Made by a program: the position numbers and the translations under genes
Notes under the pieces: generated by a model
What the model was told of the DNA's origin: nothing
Seen by the model: the letters and a program-made list of their open reading frames with translations, nothing else
The model's database searches: none
NCBI GenBank assembly: GCA_963780185.1
Contig: CAWABA010000006.1
Coordinates: 736,001-800,000, forward strand
Direction: 5' to 3'
Source of the DNA: Candidatus Bathyarchaeota archaeon
Lineage (GTDB): Archaea > Thermoproteota > Bathyarchaeia > Bathyarchaeales > Bathycorpusculaceae
DNA: 64,000 nucleotides
Part shown: positions 32,455 through 42,697 of the stretch, one piece after another
Numbering within the stretch: position 1 is the first letter of the stretch
How the letters are laid out: each line of letters starts with the position of its first letter

Positions 32455-34365
32455 CTAGTTGATGGTGGCGTTTATCATCAAAGATGCCTGTTTTGTGCTG
32501 CCTTTGTAGACGTCGTTGGTTGTGAAGGTTTCTCCGGGATAGTTAACTTGGAGGGTATAGTTGCCTGCCACTACGGTCTCTTCGCCCGCTAGTTGGAAGC
32601 TTAGTTTTCCCGTGGAATCTGAGTTGTTGGGCCCTTTAGTGATTTTTTTGTTTTCAGGGTTGGTTACATCAAGAGTAATGCCGTGAAGGATGGTACCTTT
32701 TGGAGGGGCAGTAACGGCGACTGCGATGGTTACCGGGTAGCCCGTCGTAACTTTAGGGGGGTTTGCAGCAATTTTTATTATGGATGTGTTTGTCGGCGCC
32801 TTGACGACAAGGGGATTTGACGCTGTGCAAGCCATGTAATTCACGTTGGCGCTCGCGAAGAGTTCTCCAGAGTAATCGACCTTAATTGTGTAGGTGCCTA
32901 CTGTCGAAAAAGCTACGTTTGGAATGGAAAACTTGCCGCTGCCGTCCGAGTTGTAAGTTCCTTGCTGTATCGCATTTCCAGCAGGGTCTATAAGTGTTAG
33001 TTTAATGCTGTGGAAAGCGTCAGCGGATGTTGGTGGAGCAGGAGTTATTGAGCCGTTAATCGAAAGCGATTGCCCAGCGGTTATGGTTGCGGGGGTTGTG
33101 TCGAAGGTCATTGAAGTTTCAACTGGAACGTTAAGGATAATCCAGCTTTCAAAAAGACCGCCTTCGGAACTGTCGCCTGTCGGCAGTTTCCCGCCCAAAA
33201 GGTCGCCGTCTAAGGATTTCCCGTCGTTGTCAAGCACACAGTCGCCTTTTATTCGAATAACCAATCTAAGTTTCGAGTAGTTTTTGCTGATTTCAGGCCC
33301 GAAGTATTGGGGTGCGTTTTCTCCGAAGACATTCAAGTCAAGGTGCACTCGGGCAATAGTTTTCTTTGCGGGTAACAAACCGACAGCGCTGCAGGCAGGC
33401 GTAATGGCGAGGTCTTTCTTCTCGATAAATGGATTGCGCCTTCGATTGTTACTGTAGCATTCAAGCGTTAAAGATACAGTGTCTTCGTTAATCGTCGCCG
33501 TATCCATCAGTCGATCGAAAACCACGAGGAAACCTTCATTGCTAAAGAGTCTATCACGCCACAACTGCGAGTCAGTAAAAGTATTGCCGTGTTTCCAGTT
33601 CATTTCTTGGACTTTCGGCAGGTCCTTCTCAACTTCGTTTTTGAGGCACTGCAGCAGATTGTAAAGGGTTCCGTTCCCAAATACGAGGTTTCGGCTATTG
33701 CCTATCTGATTGATGGTTATGGTGCCGTCTGCGTTCCGTGTGAAGTACACTTCGGCGAGAAGAACCGCGCCTTCATTCGAGGGAGAACAAGTAGTTTTGC
33801 AGAAGCCGTCCTTGCTTGTGTCGCTGCGGTAATCATTCCATTCAGCGCAGATGTCCTCGGTATGGAGGGGACTCAGGACTAACAGGTTCTGCAGAACGAT
33901 TTTGAAGCCCTCTTGCAGGGTGCTGTAGCAGCAGTTGTCCTTGCAGTTGGATGCTTTCAAAACGTTGGTGGCTGGGTCTAACCCGCAGAAATCATATTTT
34001 ATGTAAACTTTTGCGGGGCTGGTTGCTGTTGGCGAAAGATTCGGTGCAAAACTGTAACTGTAAGGTTGGGCGACAACTATTTCTCGTCCACAGGGGTCCA
34101 ACGCGACTCCTGGCGAGACGATGATGTTTGTTGTTGTGCCGTCTTGGGTGACTTGTAAGCCGCAGACGACTCCGACGCCGTGGATGAGTCTGTTTGCGAG
34201 GCGTTGTTTGTTGATGAAGTATTGCTGTTCCATGCGGAAGTCGTTTACGGTTAGTAGTTTGCCGTAAAAGTAGTTATTTCGCCTAAACGTGGGGAACGAT
34301 TCACATTGCACGTCGGCTATATCGGTTGTGTTTGTATCTGACATCTCAGCGCACTCTCGGTTCAA
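32455..34365 (-). CDS. Putative eCIS fibre/baseplate-peripheral protein with two C-terminal Ig-like domains
   Basis: RRNNYFYGKLLTVNDFRMEQQYF...HGVGVVCGLQV...PGVALDPCGREI N-terminus; tandem beta-rich repeats SD.(S/T)GK...G.YT..V.Y.GE. Confidence 0.7.
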   Translation of the reverse strand: MNRECAEMSDTNTTDIADVQCESFPTFRRNNYFYGKLLTVNDFRMEQQYFINKQRLANRLIHGVGVVCGLQVTQDGTTTNIIVSPGVALDPCGREIVVAQPYSYSFAPNLSPTATSPAKVYIKYDFCGLDPATNVLKASNCKDNCCYSTLQEGFKIVLQNLLVLSPLHTEDICAEWNDYRSDTSKDGFCKTTCSPSNEGAVLLAEVYFTRNADGTITINQIGNSRNLVFGNGTLYNLLQCLKNEVEKDLPKVQEMNWKHGNTFTDSQLWRDRLFSNEGFLVVFDRLMDTATINEDTVSLTLECYSNNRRRNPFIEKKDLAITPACSAVGLLPAKKTIARVHLDLNVFGENAPQYFGPEISKNYSKLRLVIRIKGDCVLDNDGKSLDGDLLGGKLPTGDSSEGGLFESWIILNVPVETSMTFDTTPATITAGQSLSINGSITPAPPTSADAFHSIKLTLIDPAGNAIQQGTYNSDGSGKFSIPNVAFSTVGTYTIKVDYSGELFASANVNYMACTASNPLVVKAPTNTSIIKIAANPPKVTTGYPVTIAVAVTAPPKGTILHGITLDVTNPENKKITKGPNNSDSTGKLSFQLAGEETVVAGNYTLQVNYPGETFTTNDVYKGSTKQASLMINATIN

Positions 34366-34382
34366 TTGTATCGTAAGTATGT

Positions 34383-35492
34383 TTATTTAAAACTTTCATT
34401 AAGAACTACAGGCTTTAACTCGGCGGGCTTCTCAATCGGCTTAAGGATGATTGGCTCCTCGACAGGCTTAATCTCAATGGGTTGAGTGATGACTGTATCC
34501 ACCGGAACCGTGGCTGTGCCCACGTACATTTCAGCCTTATACTCCGTCAAAAACGAGTTAACCCCAAGGTAACTGTGCCAATCCAGCTGGATTTTGTTTT
34601 CCAAAACCACGAAGCCCCCGACGGTGTGGGCTGGCTTTTCGTTTTCGATGACTCGTTTTATGACTTTTCGGTCAACGTCGGTTCGCACCTGGTTAGGCCA
34701 AAGCAACACGCAGAAAGAATATTTGTCACCGAACAATGCATCCAGCATCGCCTGAAACTGCGGGCTCCCAGTCTTGAGCAGCACACGCTCAACAACGGCA
34801 ACGGGGTATCTTCCCGTGTAAATGTTTATGATTTCTTCAAGCTCTTTTTTGGTTCCGCGGTAACGGTAAAGCAGAGCGGCTTTGCTGAGGAATTCCCGCC
34901 ACTTCGCCTCAGGCCAGTTTTCATCCTTAACTGTGCCGACCCATGTTGAAAGCCACGGGAGAAATTCGCTCGGAGTCAATTTGGCGTCGACAAGCTCAGG
35001 CGTGTCTTCTATTTCGTTCTCGATTTTTTGAAGGGTAAGCTCGAAAATTGTGAGGTACCTCTGCAAAAAGTCGTTGCCTGCGGGGTCCTGCTGGTAAAAC
35101 TCGGGCAAATACTGCATGTAGTTTACGTTCGCAAAGAAAGCTTTCACGTTTTTAACGGTGGGGAACTGCCCTTTTTTGTTGCCTACTATGGTGATTTTAA
35201 GCCAAAGATTCTGTCCCTTCCCAGCGTCAATTATGACTTGACGCTGGTTAACTGCGGGCTGCGACCACAAAGGCTGCAGTGTGGTGATGTCGTGGCTTTT
35301 TTGCGAAGTGACAAAATACGAGACAGTTATCTGAGTTTTCTTCGGCAGAACCGCGTGGATCATGATTTTGTGCCATATGCAATCGGTTATTTGGCTGTCG
35401 ACGTTTACTATCTGCTCTTTTTTGGTCGCGGACTTTACTGTCCAGTTGTTAGGGATCTGCACGATTTGGGGTGAGGAGGTTTCGCTGCTCAT
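34383..35492 (-). CDS. Phage tail protein, P2 gpI-like baseplate component
   Basis: YLPEFYQ, FLQRYLTIFE, FLPWLSTW, YRYRGT, EKPAHT. Confidence 0.88.
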   Translation of the reverse strand: MSSETSSPQIVQIPNNWTVKSATKKEQIVNVDSQITDCIWHKIMIHAVLPKKTQITVSYFVTSQKSHDITTLQPLWSQPAVNQRQVIIDAGKGQNLWLKITIVGNKKGQFPTVKNVKAFFANVNYMQYLPEFYQQDPAGNDFLQRYLTIFELTLQKIENEIEDTPELVDAKLTPSEFLPWLSTWVGTVKDENWPEAKWREFLSKAALLYRYRGTKKELEEIINIYTGRYPVAVVERVLLKTGSPQFQAMLDALFGDKYSFCVLLWPNQVRTDVDRKVIKRVIENEKPAHTVGGFVVLENKIQLDWHSYLGVNSFLTEYKAEMYVGTATVPVDTVITQPIEIKPVEEPIILKPIEKPAELKPVVLNESFK

Positions 35493-35493
35493 T

Positions 35494-36364
35494 CTAAAGG
35501 GTGTACCTCCTGCAGGTTGCTTGAGAGCCGACGATGTTGATTTGATGCGTGCCAGAATCCACCAGCGCGTGGGCGCCGACGATTATGTTGCCGTTGACCA
35601 GTGTGCAGTCGCCTGTACATGAAAGGGTTAGGTTCTGTACGCAGTCAACACCTTCGATGCCTTCGATGAATGCGACGATTTCAGATTTGTAGACGCTTCG
35701 TCCGAAAGGCCATCCGTCGTGGTCCCAGCCGCCGATGAGGGGATTAAGAAAAACCTCCAGCTTTTCAACGACCGAGCTTTTCACAGCGTCTTCCGACGAC
35801 AAAGGCTTTGTGCGTATGTCAGTTTGAACGCTGATTGGCACGAACTCGGGATCTATGACTTCAATCAGGGTTGTCAGAAGCCTGCCCTCATTCAAATGCT
35901 CGCAGACAAGCCGTTTGGCTGCGTCACTGGCTGCGGTCAACGTGTTCACGGTCGGCGGCTTAACGCAGACGATGACTTCCACCTTGTCGCTGTTCCAGAA
36001 GGCTTGAGCGCGTTCAATGTTTGCTTTAGGGGTTTCTTTGGCTAAAAACTCGTAATCTGATAGCGTGACGGCGCGGTATGGTTTTTTGAAGTCTTTTTGG
36101 ACTGCGAATATGGCATTGTTTAGGTTGTCGCCTCTCCGTGTTTTGGTGCCGAGCAGTTTGAGGAATTTGCGGATGTCACGGTCAGTTATTTGGTCGAGGA
36201 AGAACACTTGCGCTTCAGTTAACCACGCCAGCAGCCTCGATTAACGTGATGCCGGGGTCATGAAGGTTGTAATCTGTCCAGCCTGTGCCGTACTGGGGAA
36301 TGCGTTTTTTGGCTTCCTCAACTAGCTGCGCAAAAGTTACGTCGTCAAGGACAGGAACATCCAA
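35494..36364 (-). CDS. Short baseplate J/gp6-like protein (frameshift near 36235)
   Basis: N-terminus MDVPVLDDVTFAQLVEEAKKRIPQYGTGWTDYNLHDPGITLIE in an upstream frame; RAVTLSDYE, GWPFGRSV, IEGVDCV. Confidence 0.88.
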
Positions 36365-36365
36365 G

Positions 36366-39300
36366 TCAGGTACCTCCCGAAAGCTTCACGTTGACTTGAT
36401 GTGTGCCGCTGCAGATAAGTGCGTAACCAGGCAAGACGATGTTGTTGTCTGAAGGCAAAGTGTCTCCCGTTTGTGCATCGCAGATTGTTACTTTCAGGTT
36501 TTGAATATAGTCGACTTGCGGGATGCTTTGAAGAAGCCCCAGAATATCTGAGTCGCAGGGAACCTTGCCGAAATCCCAGCCTTTGCCGTCTGAGCCGCCG
36601 TGGAGCGGATGCAGGAAAGTTTTAAGCGAATTCAACGCGGCGAAGTTAACTGCAGATGCAGAATTGATGTCTGCGACGTAAATGTCTGCGGTTACTGACA
36701 CCGCTAGATATGTTGGTCCCGTTACTGTGAGGGTTGATACGGATATGGGGTTGTGGCTTTTGAGGTAGTCTTCTACGGTTTGAAGCATCCGTGAAGAAGG
36801 CGTAGGCTGGTCCACTGGGCTTTCAGGGATTATTATGACGGCTACGCAGCCACTTTGAATTTGTCCTTCACTGTTCAGGTTAGGAATGCACTTAACCCTT
36901 GCGACGTCGCCTGAGGCTTCAATCGAGAGCCATTCATAGTCTTCCTGAGCCACCGCGCGGTCCCTGTTCTGAACCGTTTTAGGTCCTCTTTTCTTAGCGC
37001 GGTCCACGGTTTCAGCGTCGGCTCCGCCTTCTGCGTCGTCGATGTTGACGGCTCTGTCAATGCCCGCAAGCGCCGTAACCAGCTTCTTAACCTCGCCTAA
37101 AGCCACGTCGCCTATGACTCCGCCGCCAGTCTGGTAAGTTGCTTTGATTGAAGCGCCAACCGTGGGAATCATGCCGTTTTCGCCGTCGCCGAAGGTTATT
37201 TCGCCTGAGATTCTGTCAAGCATGTAGCTTCTGCTGTTTTCGTCTGAATCAAAAAAGTCATCAACTACCACCCATTGCACCCAGATTTTTGCCGGGTCAG
37301 ATTGATCAACTATGTAGTCTCCTTCTGTTGGGACGGCTGACTCCTGAACCCATAAGTTTGCCGAAGCCACTGGGGTTCTGCTCAATTTCAGAGGTGTAGC
37401 CATTAGTCCGTCGCTTGTTCCCAAGAGTTCGTCCGTGACGGTTTCAGCCTGCATAGCCAAAGTCGAATTAAGTGAAACCGCGTAGGGTATTGGGGCTGCA
37501 GGTATCTCTTTTATGGCGTTGGGAACTGAGAATTTTGCGTTGTAAATATCCACCTTGTTGCATGGTTGCCCACCTGTAGCCGTCGAATCTACATATTTTG
37601 CAAGTTGGGCATCTGGAATGTAATTCTGCATAATTCGGAGAAGCTGCGTGTTCAAACGGAAGCCTTTGGTTCCTAATGGAAGAAGCCGCATTTTGTTGGT
37701 GTCGCCCTCGGCGTTTACTAACGCATTAACTACGTCGGCTAATGTTTGCCCCAAGGATTGAAACTTGTTTTCGACGACTTCACCGCGGATCCAATACATT
37801 GTTTGCCCAAATTTTTCTTCAGCACCTATGTCGCTGGGAGCCAAGAACTCGATGGCGCCGCTCTGCGTCAAATTATCCGTTGAATCTTCAACTTCGATGG
37901 GAACCCATTCTTCCGCAGGCGTCTTCCTCAGGTAACTCCACACTATCCTCGGCTTTTTGTCATCCAAATACTCCTGTTTGCGCAGAGCGAAGAAAACGCT
38001 GATTGTGCCTTCCCCAAGCGGCGTGTCGAAGCCCAGATAAAGCGTTTGGTTGGCCTCTTGGACAGGCAAAAACGGTTGGAACGGAGCGGCTGTGTCTGTC
38101 CAGTTTTGGAGTTGCAGGTTGTTTTTTGCTGAACAGGTGACTGTTTGTGCGCTCATTTGATTTTTTATTATAATGTCGTAGATTTGGGGTGGGGCATCTT
38201 TTATTTCGGGTTTACTTCCCAAGGTTATTGACCGATAGTTGCCAGAGGCTATGCGTGCTCTAATCCAAAAGTTCTCTTTGTTGTTGACTTTTGTCGAGGT
38301 CATGTCGCTGGGACAGGTGAATATGACTTGAGGATAGTTTGTGTTAGGATTTATCTTCTCATCGAAGAGGCATTTGACGCCTTTCAGGTTGCTCCACGTT
38401 TTTCCGTCCCAGTACTCCCACGAAACCAAAAGCGGCGAATCACCCTTTGCGCCTGCCGCGTCAGTAATTACGCCTGGAACGCCAGCGGTCTCAACGGAGA
38501 AGCAGATTTCCACCCGCGTGTTTATCTTTGAAAAAGCTTCTTGGCTTCCAATGTAGAATACATCGGATGCGTTCGGTTGCATGCCGAAGGGGTAAAAATC
38601 CTGGGCTAAATAGATTGGAACATCATTGTAAAAGGCGAGGTCTGGACGGGTCACGTTGATAACTTTGGCTTCCAGAGATTTTAATGTGGGAAGCGCCGAG
38701 GGCAAGGCGGGGTCGACTTTGGCTCTTATCCAGAAAGTTTCGGTTTCGCCGACGCGTTTTTTCGCTGACGCCGTCGAGTTCCCTTTTGTTAGTGTTATTG
38801 TTTCTTTTCCGTTTCCTGCGGGGGCGGGAGTCGCAGTTGTGAAGTCTATCCAGTCTGTTTCAGCGTCTTGGGTGTCTTGGAAGCTGTAGGACCATTTGAC
38901 ATTGTTGGCAAGGCTTGCTTTTGGGTTTGGGTCCGCGTACTCAACCAGCAACTGAATTTGGGCAGACTGCGTTTCAGGAGGGTTCCTTCGTCTTGCCCCA
39001 TGCTTTAGTCGTCTACTTGCTCCTTTTTTGAGGTTAAAAAGCGAATCGTCACCTAAGTACAAGGCATGTTCCTGCATGGCGGGGCTGACGAAAAACGTTG
39101 TCTGCTTCGTATCCGAGTTTAACTCGGTTAAGTGGTCATAAACTTGATCCGTGCTCCGATCAACGCTCACTAAAGCTTTTAGCTGGGAAACCGTGGCGGT
39201 GAAGGGTCTTTCCGTTTCGAACATTATTTTGGTTTCAGTGGAAACTTGGGTTCCCGCTGGAACATCGACGTTTTCTTGGGCGCCTTTGCTTAGGATGAAG

Positions 39301-39575
39301 TTAATGGGCGTTCTTGCAGATTGGGGCGGCAGCAATTTCGTTCCTAAAACGTTTAGGTAGGCCACGGTTTGTTTGTCTGGAACCTGGTTTAGCTGGGTGA
39401 TTGTATGGTCAGCCATGTAGCTTAGGATTTGCAGTAGGGCGTACGCTACGTCTTTTCGGTTACGCCACGCCGCCACATCCGTTCCCGTGAGGTCAGGCAC
39501 CTGTTTGGAGGCTAAGTCTTCAAGCATTGCCAGGATTGCTGCGCGGTCTCGCGGATCGATGTTGGGTGCCGACAA
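36366..39575 (-). CDS. Large baseplate J/gp6-like protein (Afp11-like)
   Basis: LNQVPDK, VPAGTQV, WEYWDG, FGDGENG, RDRAVAQEDYE, FLHPLHGG..GW.FG. Confidence 0.92.
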   Translation of the reverse strand: MSAPNIDPRDRAAILAMLEDLASKQVPDLTGTDVAAWRNRKDVAYALLQILSYMADHTITQLNQVPDKQTVAYLNVLGTKLLPPQSARTPINFILSKGAQENVDVPAGTQVSTETKIMFETERPFTATVSQLKALVSVDRSTDQVYDHLTELNSDTKQTTFFVSPAMQEHALYLGDDSLFNLKKGASRRLKHGARRRNPPETQSAQIQLLVEYADPNPKASLANNVKWSYSFQDTQDAETDWIDFTTATPAPAGNGKETITLTKGNSTASAKKRVGETETFWIRAKVDPALPSALPTLKSLEAKVINVTRPDLAFYNDVPIYLAQDFYPFGMQPNASDVFYIGSQEAFSKINTRVEICFSVETAGVPGVITDAAGAKGDSPLLVSWEYWDGKTWSNLKGVKCLFDEKINPNTNYPQVIFTCPSDMTSTKVNNKENFWIRARIASGNYRSITLGSKPEIKDAPPQIYDIIIKNQMSAQTVTCSAKNNLQLQNWTDTAAPFQPFLPVQEANQTLYLGFDTPLGEGTISVFFALRKQEYLDDKKPRIVWSYLRKTPAEEWVPIEVEDSTDNLTQSGAIEFLAPSDIGAEEKFGQTMYWIRGEVVENKFQSLGQTLADVVNALVNAEGDTNKMRLLPLGTKGFRLNTQLLRIMQNYIPDAQLAKYVDSTATGGQPCNKVDIYNAKFSVPNAIKEIPAAPIPYAVSLNSTLAMQAETVTDELLGTSDGLMATPLKLSRTPVASANLWVQESAVPTEGDYIVDQSDPAKIWVQWVVVDDFFDSDENSRSYMLDRISGEITFGDGENGMIPTVGASIKATYQTGGGVIGDVALGEVKKLVTALAGIDRAVNIDDAEGGADAETVDRAKKRGPKTVQNRDRAVAQEDYEWLSIEASGDVARVKCIPNLNSEGQIQSGCVAVIIIPESPVDQPTPSSRMLQTVEDYLKSHNPISVSTLTVTGPTYLAVSVTADIYVADINSASAVNFAALNSLKTFLHPLHGGSDGKGWDFGKVPCDSDILGLLQSIPQVDYIQNLKVTICDAQTGDTLPSDNNIVLPGYALICSGTHQVNVKLSGGT

Positions 39576-39577
39576 GG

Positions 39578-39982
39578 TTAGGTTCCCTCGTTTAGGTAGA
39601 ATGGGTAAACTATGTTGAACTGGTTGTTTGTTGACCGCACAGTGTAGTCGATGCTGATGAGCAATTGACCATTCTGCGCTTGCTCCGTTGAAACATTCAC
39701 GTTAACCAGGGCGATGCGGGGTTCGTATTTGGTGAGGGCTTCGCGCACCGTCATTTCGATGAGGCTTAGCGTGGACATGTTTATTGTTTGGAAAACCATT
39801 TCGTGGATGCCGCATCCGAAATCTGGATGCATCAGCCGCTCGCCCTGCGCGGTGCTCAAAATAATGATTATTGACTCTTTGATGTCGTCTTCATATTTTG
39901 AAAGAGCAATTTTTCCAGACGACGCATCAACGCCTACAGGAAGCTTCCACCCGACACCCAAAAAATCCTTCGACACAGCCAT
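39578..39982 (-). CDS. GPW/gp25 sheath initiator (Afp9-like)
   Basis: FLGVGW, ILSTAQGERLMHPDFGC, YEPRI, VYPFYL. Confidence 0.95.
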   Translation of the reverse strand: MAVSKDFLGVGWKLPVGVDASSGKIALSKYEDDIKESIIIILSTAQGERLMHPDFGCGIHEMVFQTINMSTLSLIEMTVREALTKYEPRIALVNVNVSTEQAQNGQLLISIDYTVRSTNNQFNIVYPFYLNEGT

Positions 39983-39987
39983 CGCTC

Positions 39988-40290
39988 CTACCCTATTATC
40001 ACCGTTAAACACCCGTTAACTATCGTGTTGGGGGGACCTGCTTCGCTGATGATGTCGCCAACCCGTGCTGCAGGCAAATTGTTGATTAAAACAGTGGTGC
40101 TTCCCATCATGACGACGCCGCCTACGTGGGGGTTAGGGGTTGACAGGGGACAGGAATGAACGTCAGATGTTGCTCTCCAAGCAGGCTGCCCGCCTATCAG
40201 AACGTTTGAGCTGCCTAGCCCAGGAGACAGGGGGCTTCCATGACTTGTCAAATCTCCAACTCTTGCTGCCGGCGGCATACCATCCATCAA
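39988..40290 (-). CDS. PAAR spike tip protein
   Basis: PAARVGD twice, PAWR; no C-terminal toxin extension. Confidence 0.95.
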   Translation of the reverse strand: MMDGMPPAARVGDLTSHGSPLSPGLGSSNVLIGGQPAWRATSDVHSCPLSTPNPHVGGVVMMGSTTVLINNLPAARVGDIISEAGPPNTIVNGCLTVIIG

Positions 40291-40293
40291 CTC

Positions 40294-40935
40294 CTAGTTT
40301 ATCTTAACTATTGCTCCCTTAAGGTTCAAGCTTCCTGTCGCTTCAATATCTATGGTTGAATCAGCTTTTAATTCTATCATTTGCGCTTGAATACTCAGTT
40401 TGGTTTGAGCCTTGACGGTGATGGAGTTTTGGGCGGAATCTATGATTATCGAGTTGCTGTTTTTATCGATGATTTGTATCTTCTCGCTGCCTGAGGAATC
40501 GTCAAGAATGATTTGGTGTCCAGCTTGACTGTGAATTTCCACTTTTTCACTTCCCTTTGAGTCGTCTAAGATTATTTTGTGCCCCGACTTGGACACGATT
40601 AGACGCCTATCATCATTTCCTGATTTGTTTGTTTCGGGAGGTTGGTCTTTTCCATTCCACAGGGAGCCCACGACAAAGGGTAGATCTATCATGCCGTGGT
40701 CGAAGGCTACCAGCACTTCGTCGCCGACTTCAGGAAGGAAATAGGTTCCTCTGTTTTTTCCCGCCATAGGCACGGCGATGCGGACCCATGAGGTTTTGTC
40801 TGAGCCGTTTCTCCATGGAAACTGAAGTTTGACTCTTCCCAGCCCGTTTGGGTCGTTGTTGTCAGTTACTATGCCGACGACGACTCCGCTGATTGCGTTT
40901 TGGCTTGAAGTTTTGTCTTGTCCAATAATGCTCAT
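40294..40935 (-). CDS. Baseplate spike gpV / gp5 OB-fold (C-terminal half of a split VgrG)
   Basis: DPNGLGRVKLQFPW, FLPEVGDEVLVAF, VVGSLWN, SGHKIILDD repeats. Confidence 0.93.
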   Translation of the reverse strand: MSIIGQDKTSSQNAISGVVVGIVTDNNDPNGLGRVKLQFPWRNGSDKTSWVRIAVPMAGKNRGTYFLPEVGDEVLVAFDHGMIDLPFVVGSLWNGKDQPPETNKSGNDDRRLIVSKSGHKIILDDSKGSEKVEIHSQAGHQIILDDSSGSEKIQIIDKNSNSIIIDSAQNSITVKAQTKLSIQAQMIELKADSTIDIEATGSLNLKGAIVKIN

Positions 40936-42008
40936 ATTACGTCTCCTCTCACGTTGATTGTGGTTTTGTAGCCTGATTGGTCAACCGTGTGCGTTGATTT
41001 CTCCACGAAGTATTTTTGGCTGAATTTTTTTCCTAAACCCTGAAGCAAAACGCAGGTTCCCGCCCTGATTTCGGGCAAGCCTATGCATTCGGCGGTTCCC
41101 TGAACAAGCCCCACGGACAATTTGTTGAATAGGGCTTGGGCTAAAATGTCGGCTTGCTGCTGGCTGCATACGGGTTGGTCAGTGATTGTTTGCTCCACGG
41201 TGCCGTAGAGATTCGCCATTGTTTGTCCCCCGCTTAAGCCTCCGCTTGTTTGCAGGCTGGCTTTTCCTGTTATTTCCTGTTTTGTGTCGGGGTCCCATCC
41301 TTTCACGGTGACTTCGCTTACCTGGTTGGCGGTGTTTAGTTCAGGGGAGAAGCTTAGAAGAGATTTGCCGTATTCCAAGGTGATGACAGATGAGGTGTTT
41401 CTTTGGGGCGGACCAAAATAGACGTCTCTTTGGTTAATTGAAAACTCGAAAAAGTTGCGTTCCGCAAGCTTCTTGATGAACGCGTAGTCTGTTTCGCCGT
41501 TCTGCGTGACTGCATCAATTACAACATTGGTGCTTTGTATGTGCGGTGTGAGTTTTTGTTTGAGGTTGCCGTTTTTGATTATGTCTTCAACGACTTCGCT
41601 GTCGCGTTTGCTAATCCATGTCTTGCTGTTGCGTGCTCGCGTAAGTTGAAAGAAAAGATCGTAGCCGCTGGCTTCCGTCTGCAAAGTCACATCCGAAGGG
41701 AAAGTCGGCTTCAAGCTGGTAATCTCACCCAAAATCATGGAGGTACGTTTGTCAAGGTAACCCATTTGGATTTCAACGAGTTTTCCCGGGTCAAACAATC
41801 CGCTGTCCAAAACCTTGTATTGTGAGGAAGGCAACCTTTCGTCATTGAATGTCACGGAGAACCTGTGGGAAACATCCAGCGCATCTTCAAAACTTACACT
41901 CAAAATATCCACCAGGTTTTTCTTAACTACGTCTACGCCGTCGACAAGCACTCTGAAACTGGGAATTTGAAAATCGTTGTATTTGCCGGCGAAAGAAACG
42001 TAGCTCAT
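40932..42008 (-). CDS. Baseplate hub gp27 / late control gpD-like protein
   Basis: QNGETDYAFIKKLAER, VTVKGWDP, GLPEIRAG, GLGKKFS. Confidence 0.9.
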   Translation of the reverse strand: MSYVSFAGKYNDFQIPSFRVLVDGVDVVKKNLVDILSVSFEDALDVSHRFSVTFNDERLPSSQYKVLDSGLFDPGKLVEIQMGYLDKRTSMILGEITSLKPTFPSDVTLQTEASGYDLFFQLTRARNSKTWISKRDSEVVEDIIKNGNLKQKLTPHIQSTNVVIDAVTQNGETDYAFIKKLAERNFFEFSINQRDVYFGPPQRNTSSVITLEYGKSLLSFSPELNTANQVSEVTVKGWDPDTKQEITGKASLQTSGGLSGGQTMANLYGTVEQTITDQPVCSQQQADILAQALFNKLSVGLVQGTAECIGLPEIRAGTCVLLQGLGKKFSQKYFVEKSTHTVDQSGYKTTINVRGDVI

Positions 42009-42014
42009 CGTGGG

Positions 42015-42695
42015 TTACTCCAAAGGCGGAATCGTAAGGTCTGTGCCAGGTTTTATGGCGCGTGGGTTGTTGATTTTGTTTTTTTCTGCGATGGGTCGCC
42101 ATAGGTTTGCGTCGCCGTATTCTTCGGCAGCTATGCTCCAAAGTGTGTCGCCTTGTTTGACATGCCAGACTTTGGTTCGGTCGGCTGATTCGAAGGCGGC
42201 TTCCTGAAGCTGGGTTTGGTCATCTTTGTATTCTTTGAGTCTGATGCTTAAGGTGGCTCTGACGGGTACGCCGCTGGGAAGGAACATTGTGAATTTTTTG
42301 GTCGCATTTTCGATTATGCACCGAAAGATGAATGAGCCCCAGACAAAGTAGCAGATTGGCGGGGTGTGAAGGTCTGAGTCGATGTCCATTAAGCCCTTCG
42401 GTGCGAGTAGTCCTCCTGAGCTTGCGGAATCCCACCCGGTGATTTTGTCAGTTATGGTTCGAACGTCGGTGCCGGATTCGTAGGTGTCGAAGAAAAGGTT
42501 CATTGTTAGGGTTCGCGCGCCGCCTTTGACAAACTGGAATTTTGATGAGGGCATGCCGGGAAACTGTTTTTCAGCGTATTGGTTGGTTTTTTCTATGGTG
42601 AACTCGTTGGGGTTGAATAGGAAAGTGACTTTGCTCTGTCCCTCACCGTTCCCCTTCATGTCACGTTCACTTATCAGGTACGCCTTTTCAAGCAT
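42015..42695 (-). CDS. CIS tube initiator with LysM domain (Afp7-like)
   Basis: FNPNEF, LFFDT, GVPVRA; LysM VKQGDTLWSIA..YGD..W..IA..N. Confidence 0.93.
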   Translation of the reverse strand: MLEKAYLISERDMKGNGEGQSKVTFLFNPNEFTIEKTNQYAEKQFPGMPSSKFQFVKGGARTLTMNLFFDTYESGTDVRTITDKITGWDSASSGGLLAPKGLMDIDSDLHTPPICYFVWGSFIFRCIIENATKKFTMFLPSGVPVRATLSIRLKEYKDDQTQLQEAAFESADRTKVWHVKQGDTLWSIAAEEYGDANLWRPIAEKNKINNPRAIKPGTDLTIPPLE

Positions 42696-42697
42696 GC

